Of a stretch of 64,000 nucleotides of DNA, positions 7,395-16,603 are shown one piece after another. The position numbers were made by a program, and so were the translations under genes. Position 1 is the stretch's first letter. Each line of letters starts with the position of its first letter. A model generated the notes under the pieces. The model saw nothing but the letters and a program-made list of their open reading frames with translations, did not search any database and was not told where the DNA came from. The DNA is from a virus (lineage: Duplodnaviria; Caudoviricetes), in the IMG/VR virus record IMGVR_UViG_3300035227_000232, positions 1 to 64,000 of that record. One strand, written 5' to 3'.

Positions 7395-7776
7395 CCTGTG
7401 GATAAAGATAGCCACAAGGTTTCCTGAGGCAGGGTGATTTTAGCAAAGTAGCCAGACGCCAGTAATGGTGACAGGTGCGCGGTGTCCGCATATTCAAAGC
7501 CAAAAGGAAAGTAGCACCCCAGAGTATACGCTTTGGAAAAAACTGATGGGTAGCCCCCATTGTAATGGCCCGACGTGTGATATCATATCAGGGTTAACCG
7601 ATGTAATGAGTTTTTAAGCATAGTTTCTCAGCCTGTAATCAGGTAGTCGGTTCCAACTTAGGTTGGTTCGTGTCAGTCCGCAGAACGTCCCATCTGCATG
7701 AAAAACACTGGGCCTCAGAGGAAAGTAAAACATTACTGAGGACACGGAAGCCCCCTTAATCGGGGGTTTTCTGTCC
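7395..7776 (+). ncRNA. Candidate large structured RNA (family unknown; strand inferred)
   Basis: ~530 nt gap with no credible ORF; at least ten nested helices found by eye, including long-range pairs and a GUAA tetraloop; ends in a long GC hairpin. Confidence 0.6.
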
Positions 7777-7913
7777 TTATTTCCTAGCGGAAAGTTGCAC
7801 ACTACGCAATGACTGTGTAATATGATCATAGATACTAATGTTAATAATGCTTTTTTATCCGAGAACCATGCAAAGCTTGACATTAGGGTTAACTCCCAGA
7901 CTTAATAACCAAA

Positions 7914-8525
7914 ATGGAAAATAACTTTAGATGTCGCTTCATCGGCCTTGCTGGCGTGGCCACTGCTGGCAAAGATACATTCTTCAAGCTCCTCTCCCAA
8001 AGGTTAGATGATGTGAAACGCTATGCTCTGGCTGACAAACTTAAGTCAGAACTCCGTGGCTTTGTTGGTCACTATTATGAAGTAGATATCATGTCGTGTG
8101 ATCCAAAGACCAAAGAAAAACTCAGACCTTTAATGGTTTTTCATGGGTTAATGATGAGAGATAGAACCGAAGGTCGATACTGGATTAGATGCTTAACGGA
8201 AAAAATGGAAGACGATGATCCAGAAGGAATAGTCGTAATAACTGATATAAGATTTGCCGAATATGGGAAAAATGATGAAATCTCTTGGTTGAAAAATAAA
8301 ATTGGCGGGAAATTGGTTTTTATAAACAGGCATAAAATCATAAGTGGCGTAAAAGTTTATGTCGATCCTCCTAATTTAGAGGAGACTAGGAATAATGACT
8401 CACTCAAAAAATCCGCAGACTACATTATCGATTGGCCTACTATGGACGGGACTGAAGAAGAAATAGAAAAGCAACTCGCTCCCTACGTCGATAAGTTTAT
8501 TGAATGGTACGGGAAGGATGTCTAA
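7914..8525 (+). CDS. Deoxynucleoside monophosphate kinase (T4 gp1/T5 dnk-like)
   Basis: P-loop IGLAGVATAGKDT, ALADKLK and VVITDIRFAE; TTGACA at 7877-7882 upstream. Confidence 0.8.
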   Translation: MENNFRCRFIGLAGVATAGKDTFFKLLSQRLDDVKRYALADKLKSELRGFVGHYYEVDIMSCDPKTKEKLRPLMVFHGLMMRDRTEGRYWIRCLTEKMEDDDPEGIVVITDIRFAEYGKNDEISWLKNKIGGKLVFINRHKIISGVKVYVDPPNLEETRNNDSLKKSADYIIDWPTMDGTEEEIEKQLAPYVDKFIEWYGKDV

Positions 8526-8874
8526 TAGACTGAAAGCTTTGTTCGTTGTAAAACCTCACGGCCTTGTTACTACGGAATCAGGAGAATTAGTAAATTACGT
8601 CGTTACTATATATAAGAGGAACCTCGCTACAAATTTTTCAGTTTACTATATCTCGACGCACATGTTTTTTCCTAACACTGGTGATACAGAAGAGGATGAA
8701 AAAGTATTCTTAATGGAACAGAAGAACTTGGTGTCAGGGTATTTAAGAAGGTTAAGAACGATTTTAGGGCATCACCCTATCGATGTATTAGACCTCAGGA
8801 AATCGAAGGTAGATGAAAGCACCTACCCAGAGATAGTTAAGGCATGGAACGATTCGTGCAAACGAGAAGACTAA
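8518..8874 (+). CDS. Hypothetical protein
   Basis: ORF track; start trimmed to ATG 8518. Confidence 0.65.
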   Translation: MSNRLKALFVVKPHGLVTTESGELVNYVVTIYKRNLATNFSVYYISTHMFFPNTGDTEEDEKVFLMEQKNLVSGYLRRLRTILGHHPIDVLDLRKSKVDESTYPEIVKAWNDSCKRED

Positions 8875-8883
8875 ATTTAAAGG

Positions 8884-8911
8884 TTGACAGCCCCGAATTA
8901 AAGTCTAAATT
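8884..8911 (+). promoter_or_regulatory. Sigma70-like promoter (TTGACA-16-TAAATT)
   Basis: Read directly upstream of ATG 8922. Confidence 0.55.
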
Positions 8912-8921
8912 AGGGAGCGAT

Positions 8922-9230
8922 ATGAGTGAACAACAACAAAAATCAGACTGGGAAGACCGTGAATACGGTGCTCTCTGGAAAAAAACATCTAAATCAGGCA
9001 CTGAGTATTATGGCGGTAAGATCGGAGATCAAGCTGTTATTATCTTTGCGAACAAAAAGAGGGAAGAAGGCTCTAAACAGCCCCATCTCCAAGTCTATAA
9101 AGACACACGCCCACCACTGAAGCAGGAAGGACAGCAGCAGCAACAACAGCAGCAGCAGCCCCAACAGCAGCAGCAGCAGCAGCCCCAACAGCAGCAACAA
9201 CAGAACGTCGAAGAAGACGTCTTTATGTAA
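8922..9230 (+). CDS. DUF736-like / putative ssDNA-binding protein with polyQ linker and acidic tail
   Basis: GALWKKTSKSGTEYYGGKI...PHLQVY core, Q9-P-Q7-P-Q6 linker, C-terminal EEDVFM. Confidence 0.55.
   Translation: MSEQQQKSDWEDREYGALWKKTSKSGTEYYGGKIGDQAVIIFANKKREEGSKQPHLQVYKDTRPPLKQEGQQQQQQQQQPQQQQQQQPQQQQQQNVEEDVFM
9132..9203 (+). repeat. CAG/CAA trinucleotide repeat (24 codons, polyQ with 2 Pro)
   Basis: Seen directly in the sequence. Confidence 0.95.
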
Positions 9231-9231
9231 A

Positions 9232-10338
9232 ATGCACCCCGAAATTGCCGTCAACGTTGCTCTGAACGGCGTCTCTTTCGGTCAGGTCTCAATCGGGTTG
9301 TTAAGGGAAATGCATAGGAGAGGAATGTCTCCATGCATCTTCCCGATCAACCCTCAGAATGTAGACTTGTCCGCTCAAGAACTGCCTGAAGAATTTAGAA
9401 GCTGGTTAAACGAATGTTTAGCCAAATCTTTAAGGACTCACAAGAGAGATACCCCGTCTTTCAAACTGTGGCATCTTAATGGTTCTCTTGACTCTGTAAG
9501 TAAGGATCAATTCTTATTTACATTCTATGAACTCGATCAGCCGACGGCTGAAGAGATGAACATAGTGAGGAACCAGAAGAAAGTCTTGGTAAGCTCCAAT
9601 TATACTAAATCGATACTTGAGGCGAGTGGTGCAAACAATATAGGGTTTGTCCCCCTGTTCTTCGACGAGCATAACTTTAGCCAAACAGAAAAAGCTAAAG
9701 ATAATAGTTACTTTAAGGACGGGAGGATAACTTTCAACCTAACTGGCAAGTTGGAAAGAAGGAAAAATCACCATAAGTTAATTAAGGCTTGGGCTAAAAA
9801 ATATGGCGATGATCCTAAGTATTTTTTACAATGCGCTATCTACAACGGATTCCTTAAGCCCGAGGAAAACAACTCTACCATCGCTGCTATATTAGAAGGA
9901 AAAAAATTCTTTAATATTAACTTCCTTGGATTCATGGCGAAGAACGAACTCTATAATGACTACCTTAATTCTGGGGACATTATTATAGGAGGGAGTGGGG
10001 GAGAAGGCTGGGGATTACCAGAGTTTCATTCGGTCGCCCTAGGAAAGCATTCTGTGATACTCAACGCTACCGCTTATAAGGATTGGGCAGACGATATAAA
10101 TTCCGTTATGTTTAATGCTTCAGGCAAAGTAGAAGCATACGACGGAAAGTTCTTTATTAAGGGACAACCATTCAATCAAGGATCGACTTTCGATTTCGAA
10201 GAAGAAGAATTCCTTGATGCTTGTGATAGAGCGATTGAAAGAGTCAAGAACGAAAGAATTAACGAAGCTGGGTTAACTCTACAGAAGAAATTCACTGTAG
10301 AAAATACTGTAAATCAAATTTTTAAGGAGTGTGAATAA
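9232..10338 (+). CDS. GT-B glycosyltransferase (GT4-like)
   Basis: GKLERRKNHHKLIKAW and SGGEGWGLPEFHSVALGK (GT4 ExFGLPxxEA-like motif). Confidence 0.8.
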   Translation: MHPEIAVNVALNGVSFGQVSIGLLREMHRRGMSPCIFPINPQNVDLSAQELPEEFRSWLNECLAKSLRTHKRDTPSFKLWHLNGSLDSVSKDQFLFTFYELDQPTAEEMNIVRNQKKVLVSSNYTKSILEASGANNIGFVPLFFDEHNFSQTEKAKDNSYFKDGRITFNLTGKLERRKNHHKLIKAWAKKYGDDPKYFLQCAIYNGFLKPEENNSTIAAILEGKKFFNINFLGFMAKNELYNDYLNSGDIIIGGSGGEGWGLPEFHSVALGKHSVILNATAYKDWADDINSVMFNASGKVEAYDGKFFIKGQPFNQGSTFDFEEEEFLDACDRAIERVKNERINEAGLTLQKKFTVENTVNQIFKECE

Positions 10339-11401
10339 TAAAACTGCCATATTTTGGCCCTACTTATACGATAGCGCGGTCAGCGACAAAAGTTGGTCTT
10401 GGGAACCAAGATACCAATTGATCGCAGAAGCTCTAAGGAAAGAAGGGTTCACTATCTTAAATCACCCAAGATTCAATTGTGATCTCGGTGAAAGTATCCC
10501 CTATGAAGGAGAGGAAAAATGTGATGTCGTAATTTACAACCATTGCGACGCGGGCGAGGTAAGAGGAGACGTAATAAATGCTGAACGTACTTGGTTTTTC
10601 AAGCCTACTGTTCCAGATGATTTTCAAACGACTTTAGATACCCTCGGGTATGGTTCTTACTCTTCCGTCACTTACGAAAGGCCCGACTACCTTAACATTG
10701 ACGAAGTCTTCATTGATAAGTTCTTCGAAGAGACCGTAAAAGGGTGGGTAGATAAAAACAGTTCTAAATGGGGAGATAACCATTTCTCTATCGGGTCAGA
10801 AAATATAGAAGGCCCATACGCTCTTTTCCTTGGCCAGTGTGGCGGAGATAGCGTAGTGAACAGACAGGACTTCGGTAGCTATTTTGCTAAGATGGAAACT
10901 ATAATCTCTGAGCTTTCGAGAGTTTATAAGAAGAAGATAGTGGTGAAGCTGCACCCATACACGAACGGAAAAGACTATAAAGAAGGAATTGATCAAGACT
11001 TTATAAAAAGGCTAACATCAGTTTATCAGGGGATTTCAGATAAGATAACTGTCGTGGGAGACTTCTCATCTATCCACGATTATCTTCCTCAATGCGAATT
11101 TGTAGTAACTGGCAACTCTGGTTCTGGGTTTGAGGCAATGATGCATCACAAACCGATCATATCTTTCTGTAAACCAGAATACCATTGGATTACTTTCGAC
11201 TTAAGGAAAGTATGCGAACTAGGAAGAGCTATTCATACAGAAGATTGGTTCGATAAAGAAGCAAGTGATCGGTTTCTTTATTGGTACATGAGAAAATACT
11301 GTTTCTTCGATTTAGATTCCGCACAATTCAGAGTCAGAGAATTACTGGACGAGGAAAAAAACAAATTCATCAAAAAATTCTATGCCGATCTATCAATATA
11401 G
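10331..11401 (+). CDS. Capsule polysaccharide synthesis protein, KpsS/KpsC-like
   Basis: IVVKLHPY and SIHDYLPQCEFVVTGNSGSGFEAMMHHKPII motifs. Confidence 0.65.
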   Translation: MNNKTAIFWPYLYDSAVSDKSWSWEPRYQLIAEALRKEGFTILNHPRFNCDLGESIPYEGEEKCDVVIYNHCDAGEVRGDVINAERTWFFKPTVPDDFQTTLDTLGYGSYSSVTYERPDYLNIDEVFIDKFFEETVKGWVDKNSSKWGDNHFSIGSENIEGPYALFLGQCGGDSVVNRQDFGSYFAKMETIISELSRVYKKKIVVKLHPYTNGKDYKEGIDQDFIKRLTSVYQGISDKITVVGDFSSIHDYLPQCEFVVTGNSGSGFEAMMHHKPIISFCKPEYHWITFDLRKVCELGRAIHTEDWFDKEASDRFLYWYMRKYCFFDLDSAQFRVRELLDEEKNKFIKKFYADLSI

Positions 11402-11747
11402 AAACCCTAATACAGGGGAAGTAATAGAAGTCATTCAAGGAATGAAAGACAAGCATGAGTACGTCGATGAAAATGGAGTAGTCTGTGAAAGGGTATGGCA
11501 TAGCCCTAATGCAGCGATTGATTCACAGATTGATGCTTTTAGTGAGAGTGATTTTGTAAATAAAACGAGAAATAAAAAATCTTCGATGGGCGATTTCTGG
11601 GACATGTCTAGAGAGATGAAAGAGAAGAGGGAACAGAAGTCAGGAGCCCCTGATGAAGTACAAAGAAAATATATGGATGAATGGAGCAGCAAAAGAAAAG
11701 GGAAAAAACACCCATCTACTGGATCGTCAGATATCATAGTAGGGTAA
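11382..11747 (+). CDS. FmdB-like ribbon protein (Cys-depleted)
   Basis: MPIYQYRNPNTGEVIEV matches the MPxYxYxCxxCG family without the Cys pair. Confidence 0.55.
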   Translation: MPIYQYRNPNTGEVIEVIQGMKDKHEYVDENGVVCERVWHSPNAAIDSQIDAFSESDFVNKTRNKKSSMGDFWDMSREMKEKREQKSGAPDEVQRKYMDEWSSKRKGKKHPSTGSSDIIVG

Positions 11748-11760
11748 TTCCTTTTCGTAC

Positions 11761-11789
11761 TTGTCACCATTTTAATCTAGGGATAGTCT
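11761..11789 (+). promoter_or_regulatory. Sigma70-like promoter of nrdA (TTGTCA-17-TAGTCT)
   Basis: Read directly; followed by a small hairpin ccga-gttt-tcgg. Confidence 0.55.
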
Positions 11790-11818
11790 AAGCCGAGTTT
11801 TCGGTCATATCATGAATT

Positions 11819-14284
11819 ATGAGTTCAAATAATATTCACGTCAAAAAGAGGAGCGGTAAATTAGAACCACTAAACATAGACAAGATCAATCTATGCGCTG
11901 AAAGGGCATGTTTTGGACTTGAGAATGTGTCATCTAGCGAAGTGGTCATCGATGCAAATGTCCAATTCTATGACAAGATACAGACGAAGGAGATAGACAA
12001 GGCTCTCGTATATTCGGCTAGGCAGAAGGTAGAAAAGGAACCTAATTATTCTTATGTCGCTTCTAGGCTTCTCCTCGGCAACATAACGAAAGAAGTTTTC
12101 GGCTCAAGCACAGATAAGGACTCTTACGATAGTGAGTATAGGGTAAACTTCATAAAAAATTTGAAAAGGCTTTCCAAGAACGAAATCCTTAACCCCAAAC
12201 TCTTAGAATTCGATTTACAAAGATTATCTCAAGCAATAGTACCAGAGAGAGATAAGAAGTTTAAGTATCTCGGGCTTCAAACAATTTATGACAGATACCT
12301 ACTCCACATCGAAAGTCGAAGGCTCGAAACGCCTCAAGCTTTTTGGATGCGGGTAGCGATGGGACTCTCGCTTAATGAAGAACAAAAAGACGAAAAAGCT
12401 ATTGAATTTTACCACGTACTTTCTGAGTTTCGTTTGTGTTGCTCTACTCCTACTCTCTTCAATAGCGGTAGCACACATAGTCAGCTTTCTAGTTGTTATC
12501 TCAATACTTTTGATGACAGCATAGATGGTATATTTGAAGGGCTATGGCAGGAAGCAAGAAAATCAAAGTATGCTGGAGGGCTTGGGTTCGACGTCACCCC
12601 TTGGAGGGCAAGTAATTCATTCGTCAAGGGGACTAATGGTAAGTCCTCTGGACTTGTGCCTTGGCTTAAAATCTATAACGACACTCTTATAGCTGTGGAT
12701 CAAGGAGGGAAAAGACCCGGAGCAGGATGTGCTTACTTAGAACCTTGGCATTTAGACATAGAAGAGTTTCTGGACCTGAAGAAAAACACTGGGGATGAAC
12801 GAAGACGTTGCCATGATATGAACACTGCGAATTGGTTGCCAGACCTATTCATAAGAAAAGTCCAAAAAGATAGTAAGTGGTATCTTTTTTCACCTTCTGA
12901 CACTAGGGATTTACATGAACTCTACGGACATGAATTTGATAAGAGATATAAGAATTATTGCAAGATGGCCGATAAGGGAGAAATCTCGAACTTCAAGGTC
13001 GTCCAAGCTAAAGACCTCTGGAAAAAGATGCTTCGGGTTTTATTCGAGACCGGACATCCTTGGATGACTTTCAAAGACAACTCCAATCTCCGCTATTCTA
13101 ACTGTCACGAAGGCGTTATCCATAGCTCTAATCTATGTACAGAGATTTTTCTCCACACGAAGCCTTCCCTGTATGATGAAGGAAAGAAAATCGAAGTAGG
13201 GGAAACCGCAGTATGTAATCTTAGTTCCGTAAATCTTAAAGAGCACCTCAGAGATGGCAAAATCTGTTACGAACTTCTGGCTGAGACCATCGCCCTACAA
13301 ATAAGGATGCTCGATAACGTCATCGATCTAAACTTTTACCCTACCGAGGAAGCCCGAAAGGCTAACATGTCCCATCGCCCCATCGGAGCAGGAAGCATGG
13401 GGTGGGCTGATGTATTTCATTCCTACGAAATAGACTTTTCCTCTGACGATGCAGTTAAATTTTCTGATGAGCTATATGAATTCATTTCTTATCATTGCAT
13501 TCTGAATTCATCAATCCTATCCAAGGAAAGAGGCAAATATAATAGTTATGATGGGTCTCTATGGGACCAAGGGGTATTTCCTATAGACACGTACAAGAAA
13601 TTGATGGAATACCTTGGGGAAAAACCTATTATTCATAGGGGGAGAAAATATGTTCCTGAATTGGATTGGAAGACAGTTAGGGAAAGCGTTAGGGATCATG
13701 GGATTCGTAATAGTAATACTATGGCTATTGCTCCTACTGCCACTATTAGCTTCATTGTGGGTTGTTCTCCTTGTATTGAGCCGGACTACTCAGTCCTCTA
13801 CGTATACGAAAACAAATCAGGGAACATATACGTCACCAACGAATGGTTCGTCGAAGCATGTAAAAAGGCTGGGCTCTGGGACAAATCAGTAATTGAAGCT
13901 GTTAAGATGGTTGACGGAGATTTGAATCTCCTCAATGGGACTCTCCCCGAAAACATAAAGAAACAATTCTGCACTGCGTTCGACCAAGACCAGTTCAAGC
14001 TTATCGATTGTGCTGCTGCTCGTCAAAAATGGATAGACATGGGGCAGAGCCTTAACCTATTTAATGGGCAATCATCCATGAAGCATCTCAATGATCTCTA
14101 TCTGCACGCTAGAAACAGAGGACTAAAATCCACCTACTATCTCAGGGGGCGTGCTGCGAGCAAAATAGAAAAGTCCAATGCGGGAGACAGTGATTCTATA
14201 GAAGAAATAGAAGGTAAACATGAAGCCCTCGCCTGTAGTATAGAAGCTATGGCTAATGATGGCACTTGCGAGAGTTGCCAATAG
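11819..14284 (+). CDS. nrdA: Class Ia ribonucleotide reductase alpha subunit with ATP cone
   Basis: N-terminal VKKRSG ATP cone, STPTLFNSG, QLSSCYL, SSNLCTEI, MAIAPTATIS and C-terminal CESCQ. Confidence 0.96.
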   Translation: MSSNNIHVKKRSGKLEPLNIDKINLCAERACFGLENVSSSEVVIDANVQFYDKIQTKEIDKALVYSARQKVEKEPNYSYVASRLLLGNITKEVFGSSTDKDSYDSEYRVNFIKNLKRLSKNEILNPKLLEFDLQRLSQAIVPERDKKFKYLGLQTIYDRYLLHIESRRLETPQAFWMRVAMGLSLNEEQKDEKAIEFYHVLSEFRLCCSTPTLFNSGSTHSQLSSCYLNTFDDSIDGIFEGLWQEARKSKYAGGLGFDVTPWRASNSFVKGTNGKSSGLVPWLKIYNDTLIAVDQGGKRPGAGCAYLEPWHLDIEEFLDLKKNTGDERRRCHDMNTANWLPDLFIRKVQKDSKWYLFSPSDTRDLHELYGHEFDKRYKNYCKMADKGEISNFKVVQAKDLWKKMLRVLFETGHPWMTFKDNSNLRYSNCHEGVIHSSNLCTEIFLHTKPSLYDEGKKIEVGETAVCNLSSVNLKEHLRDGKICYELLAETIALQIRMLDNVIDLNFYPTEEARKANMSHRPIGAGSMGWADVFHSYEIDFSSDDAVKFSDELYEFISYHCILNSSILSKERGKYNSYDGSLWDQGVFPIDTYKKLMEYLGEKPIIHRGRKYVPELDWKTVRESVRDHGIRNSNTMAIAPTATISFIVGCSPCIEPDYSVLYVYENKSGNIYVTNEWFVEACKKAGLWDKSVIEAVKMVDGDLNLLNGTLPENIKKQFCTAFDQDQFKLIDCAAARQKWIDMGQSLNLFNGQSSMKHLNDLYLHARNRGLKSTYYLRGRAASKIEKSNAGDSDSIEEIEGKHEALACSIEAMANDGTCESCQ

Positions 14285-14296
14285 GAATAATGAAAA

Positions 14297-14626
14297 ATGA
14301 AAAAAGCAGAAATTAGGAAGCAAGCCAAAGAACTGCTCATCAAAGAGCTAAACGAAAGACACTCTAGAAAGAAGAGTGGAACAGTCTTTAAACTGAGAGA
14401 CATAAAGGCAAGCACTAGGTTCAAGGAAGACTTGGGTTTAGATTCTTTAGACATGGTAGAAATGCTTATGGTCTTTGAGGAGAACTTATTCGGAGGAAGC
14501 CTTTATCTAGATGAAAGCATGTTTACGAAAATGCCTACCTTTGGAGAAGTAGAGAAGGTGCTCCTCGAATTTTATGAAGAGCACAAAGATAATCCGAAAC
14601 TTTTCGGGGAAGGAATAGAGAAATGA
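14297..14626 (+). CDS. Acyl carrier protein-like
   Basis: FKEDLGLDSLDMVEMLMVFEE, a DSL phosphopantetheine attachment site. Confidence 0.8.
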   Translation: MKKAEIRKQAKELLIKELNERHSRKKSGTVFKLRDIKASTRFKEDLGLDSLDMVEMLMVFEENLFGGSLYLDESMFTKMPTFGEVEKVLLEFYEEHKDNPKLFGEGIEK

Positions 14627-14865
14627 CTAACAGGGAACTATTTGAGAAAATAAAATCTTTACCTCAGGATCAAATATTGGCTAGGGCATTCGCTCACGAA
14701 AAAGTATTCGGTCATATAAAAAGCCAAATCAAAACCTCTAAAACAGATCGTGATGTATATAGAAGGAGAGAGATGGTCCGCCTACAGATAGCGAAAGGGT
14801 ATATAGGAAGAGCTCTGAAGGCAGGAAGAAGATATAGCAAAAACGAAAATATTAATAACAAATAA
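14623..14865 (+). CDS. Hypothetical basic protein
   Basis: ORF track; ATGA overlap. Confidence 0.6.
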   Translation: MTNRELFEKIKSLPQDQILARAFAHEKVFGHIKSQIKTSKTDRDVYRRREMVRLQIAKGYIGRALKAGRRYSKNENINNK

Positions 14866-14867
14866 AT

Positions 14868-15884
14868 ATGAGCAATAAAACAGGAATGCTCCTAGACTCT
14901 GAAGATGTCGCGGGAGTAAATCAAATATTACCTCACAAACATAAGTTCGCATGGGATTTATTTCTAAAAGGAGTAGCAAACAATTGGTCTCCCGCAGAAG
15001 TAAATATGAGCGATGACGTAGAACAATGGAAGAACGGAGCACTATCAGAAGATGAGAAGTTACTCGTCAGAAGATGTCTTGGCTTTTTTGCTGGAAGTGA
15101 GTCCTTGGTTGGCAATAATTTACTTCTTACTGTCGCAAGGTGGATAACAGATGCCGAGTGTAGGCAATATATCCTTCGCCAAGCTTATGAAGAAAGCCTA
15201 CATAACTGGACCGTGGTTACTTGCTGCGAAAACTTCAATTTGAAAGTTTCCGAAGTCTTCGAGGCTTATAACAATATCCCCAGCATAAAAGCTAAGGATG
15301 ATTTCTTAATGGAAATAACGACTGACGTTAACAGGCCAGATTTCCATATCAAATCAGCGGAATGTAAAAAAGAATTCCTCAGAAATTTGGTTGTGTATTA
15401 TATAGTTTGTGAAGGGACTTTCTTCTTCAGCGGGTTTGCGATGCTTCTAGCATTAGGTAGACAAAATAAGCTCCCCGGATTATCGGACCAAATAAAATAC
15501 ACTCTCAAGGACGAAAGTCTCCACATCCAATTTGGTACGTACCTGATCAACACAATAAAAGAGCAGTACCCTACTTTATGGACGCATAAATTTGAAAATG
15601 AGACCATCGGGTATATCAAGAGAGCGGTAGAACTTGAGGTAAATTATGCCCATGACGTTCTCCCCCGTGGAATCCTTGGGCTAAATGCTGAGATGTTTGT
15701 GGAATACATGCACTATATTGGGAACAGAAGACTCGAAGGAATTGGGATAGATTTTAGATTTGAGAGTGATAAGAACCCTTTCCCTTGGTTGTCTGAGGTG
15801 GTGGACACTGGCGTAATGACCAATTTTTTCGAAAGAAAAGTTAAAGATTATCAATCTTCAGGCGTTCTTGAGGATGACTTCTAG
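14868..15884 (+). CDS. nrdB: Class Ia ribonucleotide reductase beta subunit
   Basis: Di-iron ligand motifs EESLHN, VCEGTFF and DESLHI; C-terminal NFFE. Confidence 0.95.
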   Translation: MSNKTGMLLDSEDVAGVNQILPHKHKFAWDLFLKGVANNWSPAEVNMSDDVEQWKNGALSEDEKLLVRRCLGFFAGSESLVGNNLLLTVARWITDAECRQYILRQAYEESLHNWTVVTCCENFNLKVSEVFEAYNNIPSIKAKDDFLMEITTDVNRPDFHIKSAECKKEFLRNLVVYYIVCEGTFFFSGFAMLLALGRQNKLPGLSDQIKYTLKDESLHIQFGTYLINTIKEQYPTLWTHKFENETIGYIKRAVELEVNYAHDVLPRGILGLNAEMFVEYMHYIGNRRLEGIGIDFRFESDKNPFPWLSEVVDTGVMTNFFERKVKDYQSSGVLEDDF

Positions 15885-15907
15885 AGATAATAGGTGTAAA
15901 TCTCTAT

Positions 15908-16219
15908 GTGAATATTCTCTTGAAAAGAAAACTCGAGGAAATCATAGAATCTGGTAAATCTAGAAGCGAAGATTTAGAGCATATCGAAGTAGATAAGGAA
16001 GATATGGTCGTCATATTCAACCCTTCCAATACCAAAGCTTGTCTCCTTAAATATCTAAGGAACAGGGTTCAGAAGATTATCTGCTATGGAATAGACGTAA
16101 AAACAGTCCTTTGGGCAGAAAAAGAAGGGTTTACGAAGGATGACATGATTCAAAACCTCAATAGTGACCTGTTCATCCCTATTGAAATAAAGAAAGTCGA
16201 AGAACATTTGTTCGGTTAA
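15908..16219 (+). CDS. Hypothetical protein
   Basis: ORF track (GTG start); GTGTAA 8 nt upstream. Confidence 0.6.
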   Translation: MNILLKRKLEEIIESGKSRSEDLEHIEVDKEDMVVIFNPSNTKACLLKYLRNRVQKIICYGIDVKTVLWAEKEGFTKDDMIQNLNSDLFIPIEIKKVEEHLFG

Positions 16220-16248
16220 TACTTTCAGTGTGTAAGGAGAGGTAGATT

Positions 16249-16509
16249 ATGATAGATATTGATTTTCAATTTTTCGTAAACGTCGTCATCGCGCTGGCCT
16301 CATTCTTTGGTGGCTGGATTCTTAAAGTTTTCAATGCAAAGATCACAAAACTAGAAGAAAAATGCGATGAAAGAGAAGACAGACTGATTAATCTTGCCTT
16401 AAATATGCCCAAAGAATACGTCAGGAAAGACGACTTCAATAGATTCTCAGAGATGATGAATGAGAGGTTCGACCGTCTAGAAGACAAACTTGAGGGCTTA
16501 AGAAAGTAA
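16249..16509 (+). CDS. Single-TM coiled-coil protein (holin/XhlA-like)
   Basis: N-terminal TM helix, then YVRKDDF...RFDRLEDKL; GGAGAGG RBS. Confidence 0.5.
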   Translation: MIDIDFQFFVNVVIALASFFGGWILKVFNAKITKLEEKCDEREDRLINLALNMPKEYVRKDDFNRFSEMMNERFDRLEDKLEGLRK

Positions 16510-16518
16510 GAAATATAC

Positions 16519-16547
16519 TTGACGGTTTCCTAAACTAGGATTACAGT
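16519..16547 (+). promoter_or_regulatory. Sigma70-like promoter (TTGACG-17-TACAGT) with inverted repeat TCCTA-aac-TAGGA in the spacer
   Basis: Read directly. Confidence 0.65.
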
Positions 16548-16603
16548 GTTTTCAAGCCCTTGGAACTAACACCTCTTTCTGGGCTCTTAATAAAAAAGTA
16601 AAT

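Noticed and set aside
7718-7726. GAGGAAAGT resembling RNase P CR-I
   Set aside because: It lacks the following CC and the complementary P4 strand, and lies at the wrong end of the element. tmRNA ends and group I P7 were also not found.
7318-7883. Minus-strand ORFs 7318..7560 and 7614..7883
   Set aside because: No RBS, atypical composition, antisense to flanking genes; dense base-pairing explains the region better. Not formally excluded.
9132-9203. Possible CRISPR or other spaced array (also considered for 46.9-47.6 kb and 55-56.6 kb)
   Set aside because: All repeats are in-frame coding repeats without unique spacers; the Cas4-like gene has no cas neighbours.
8994-9254. Poly-Leu minus-strand ORF
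   Set aside because: Reverse complement of the CAG repeat.
11819-15884. Introns or inteins in nrdA/nrdB (also checked for dnaB, dnaE, recA)
   Set aside because: ORFs are continuous and of normal length; no intein terminal motifs seen.
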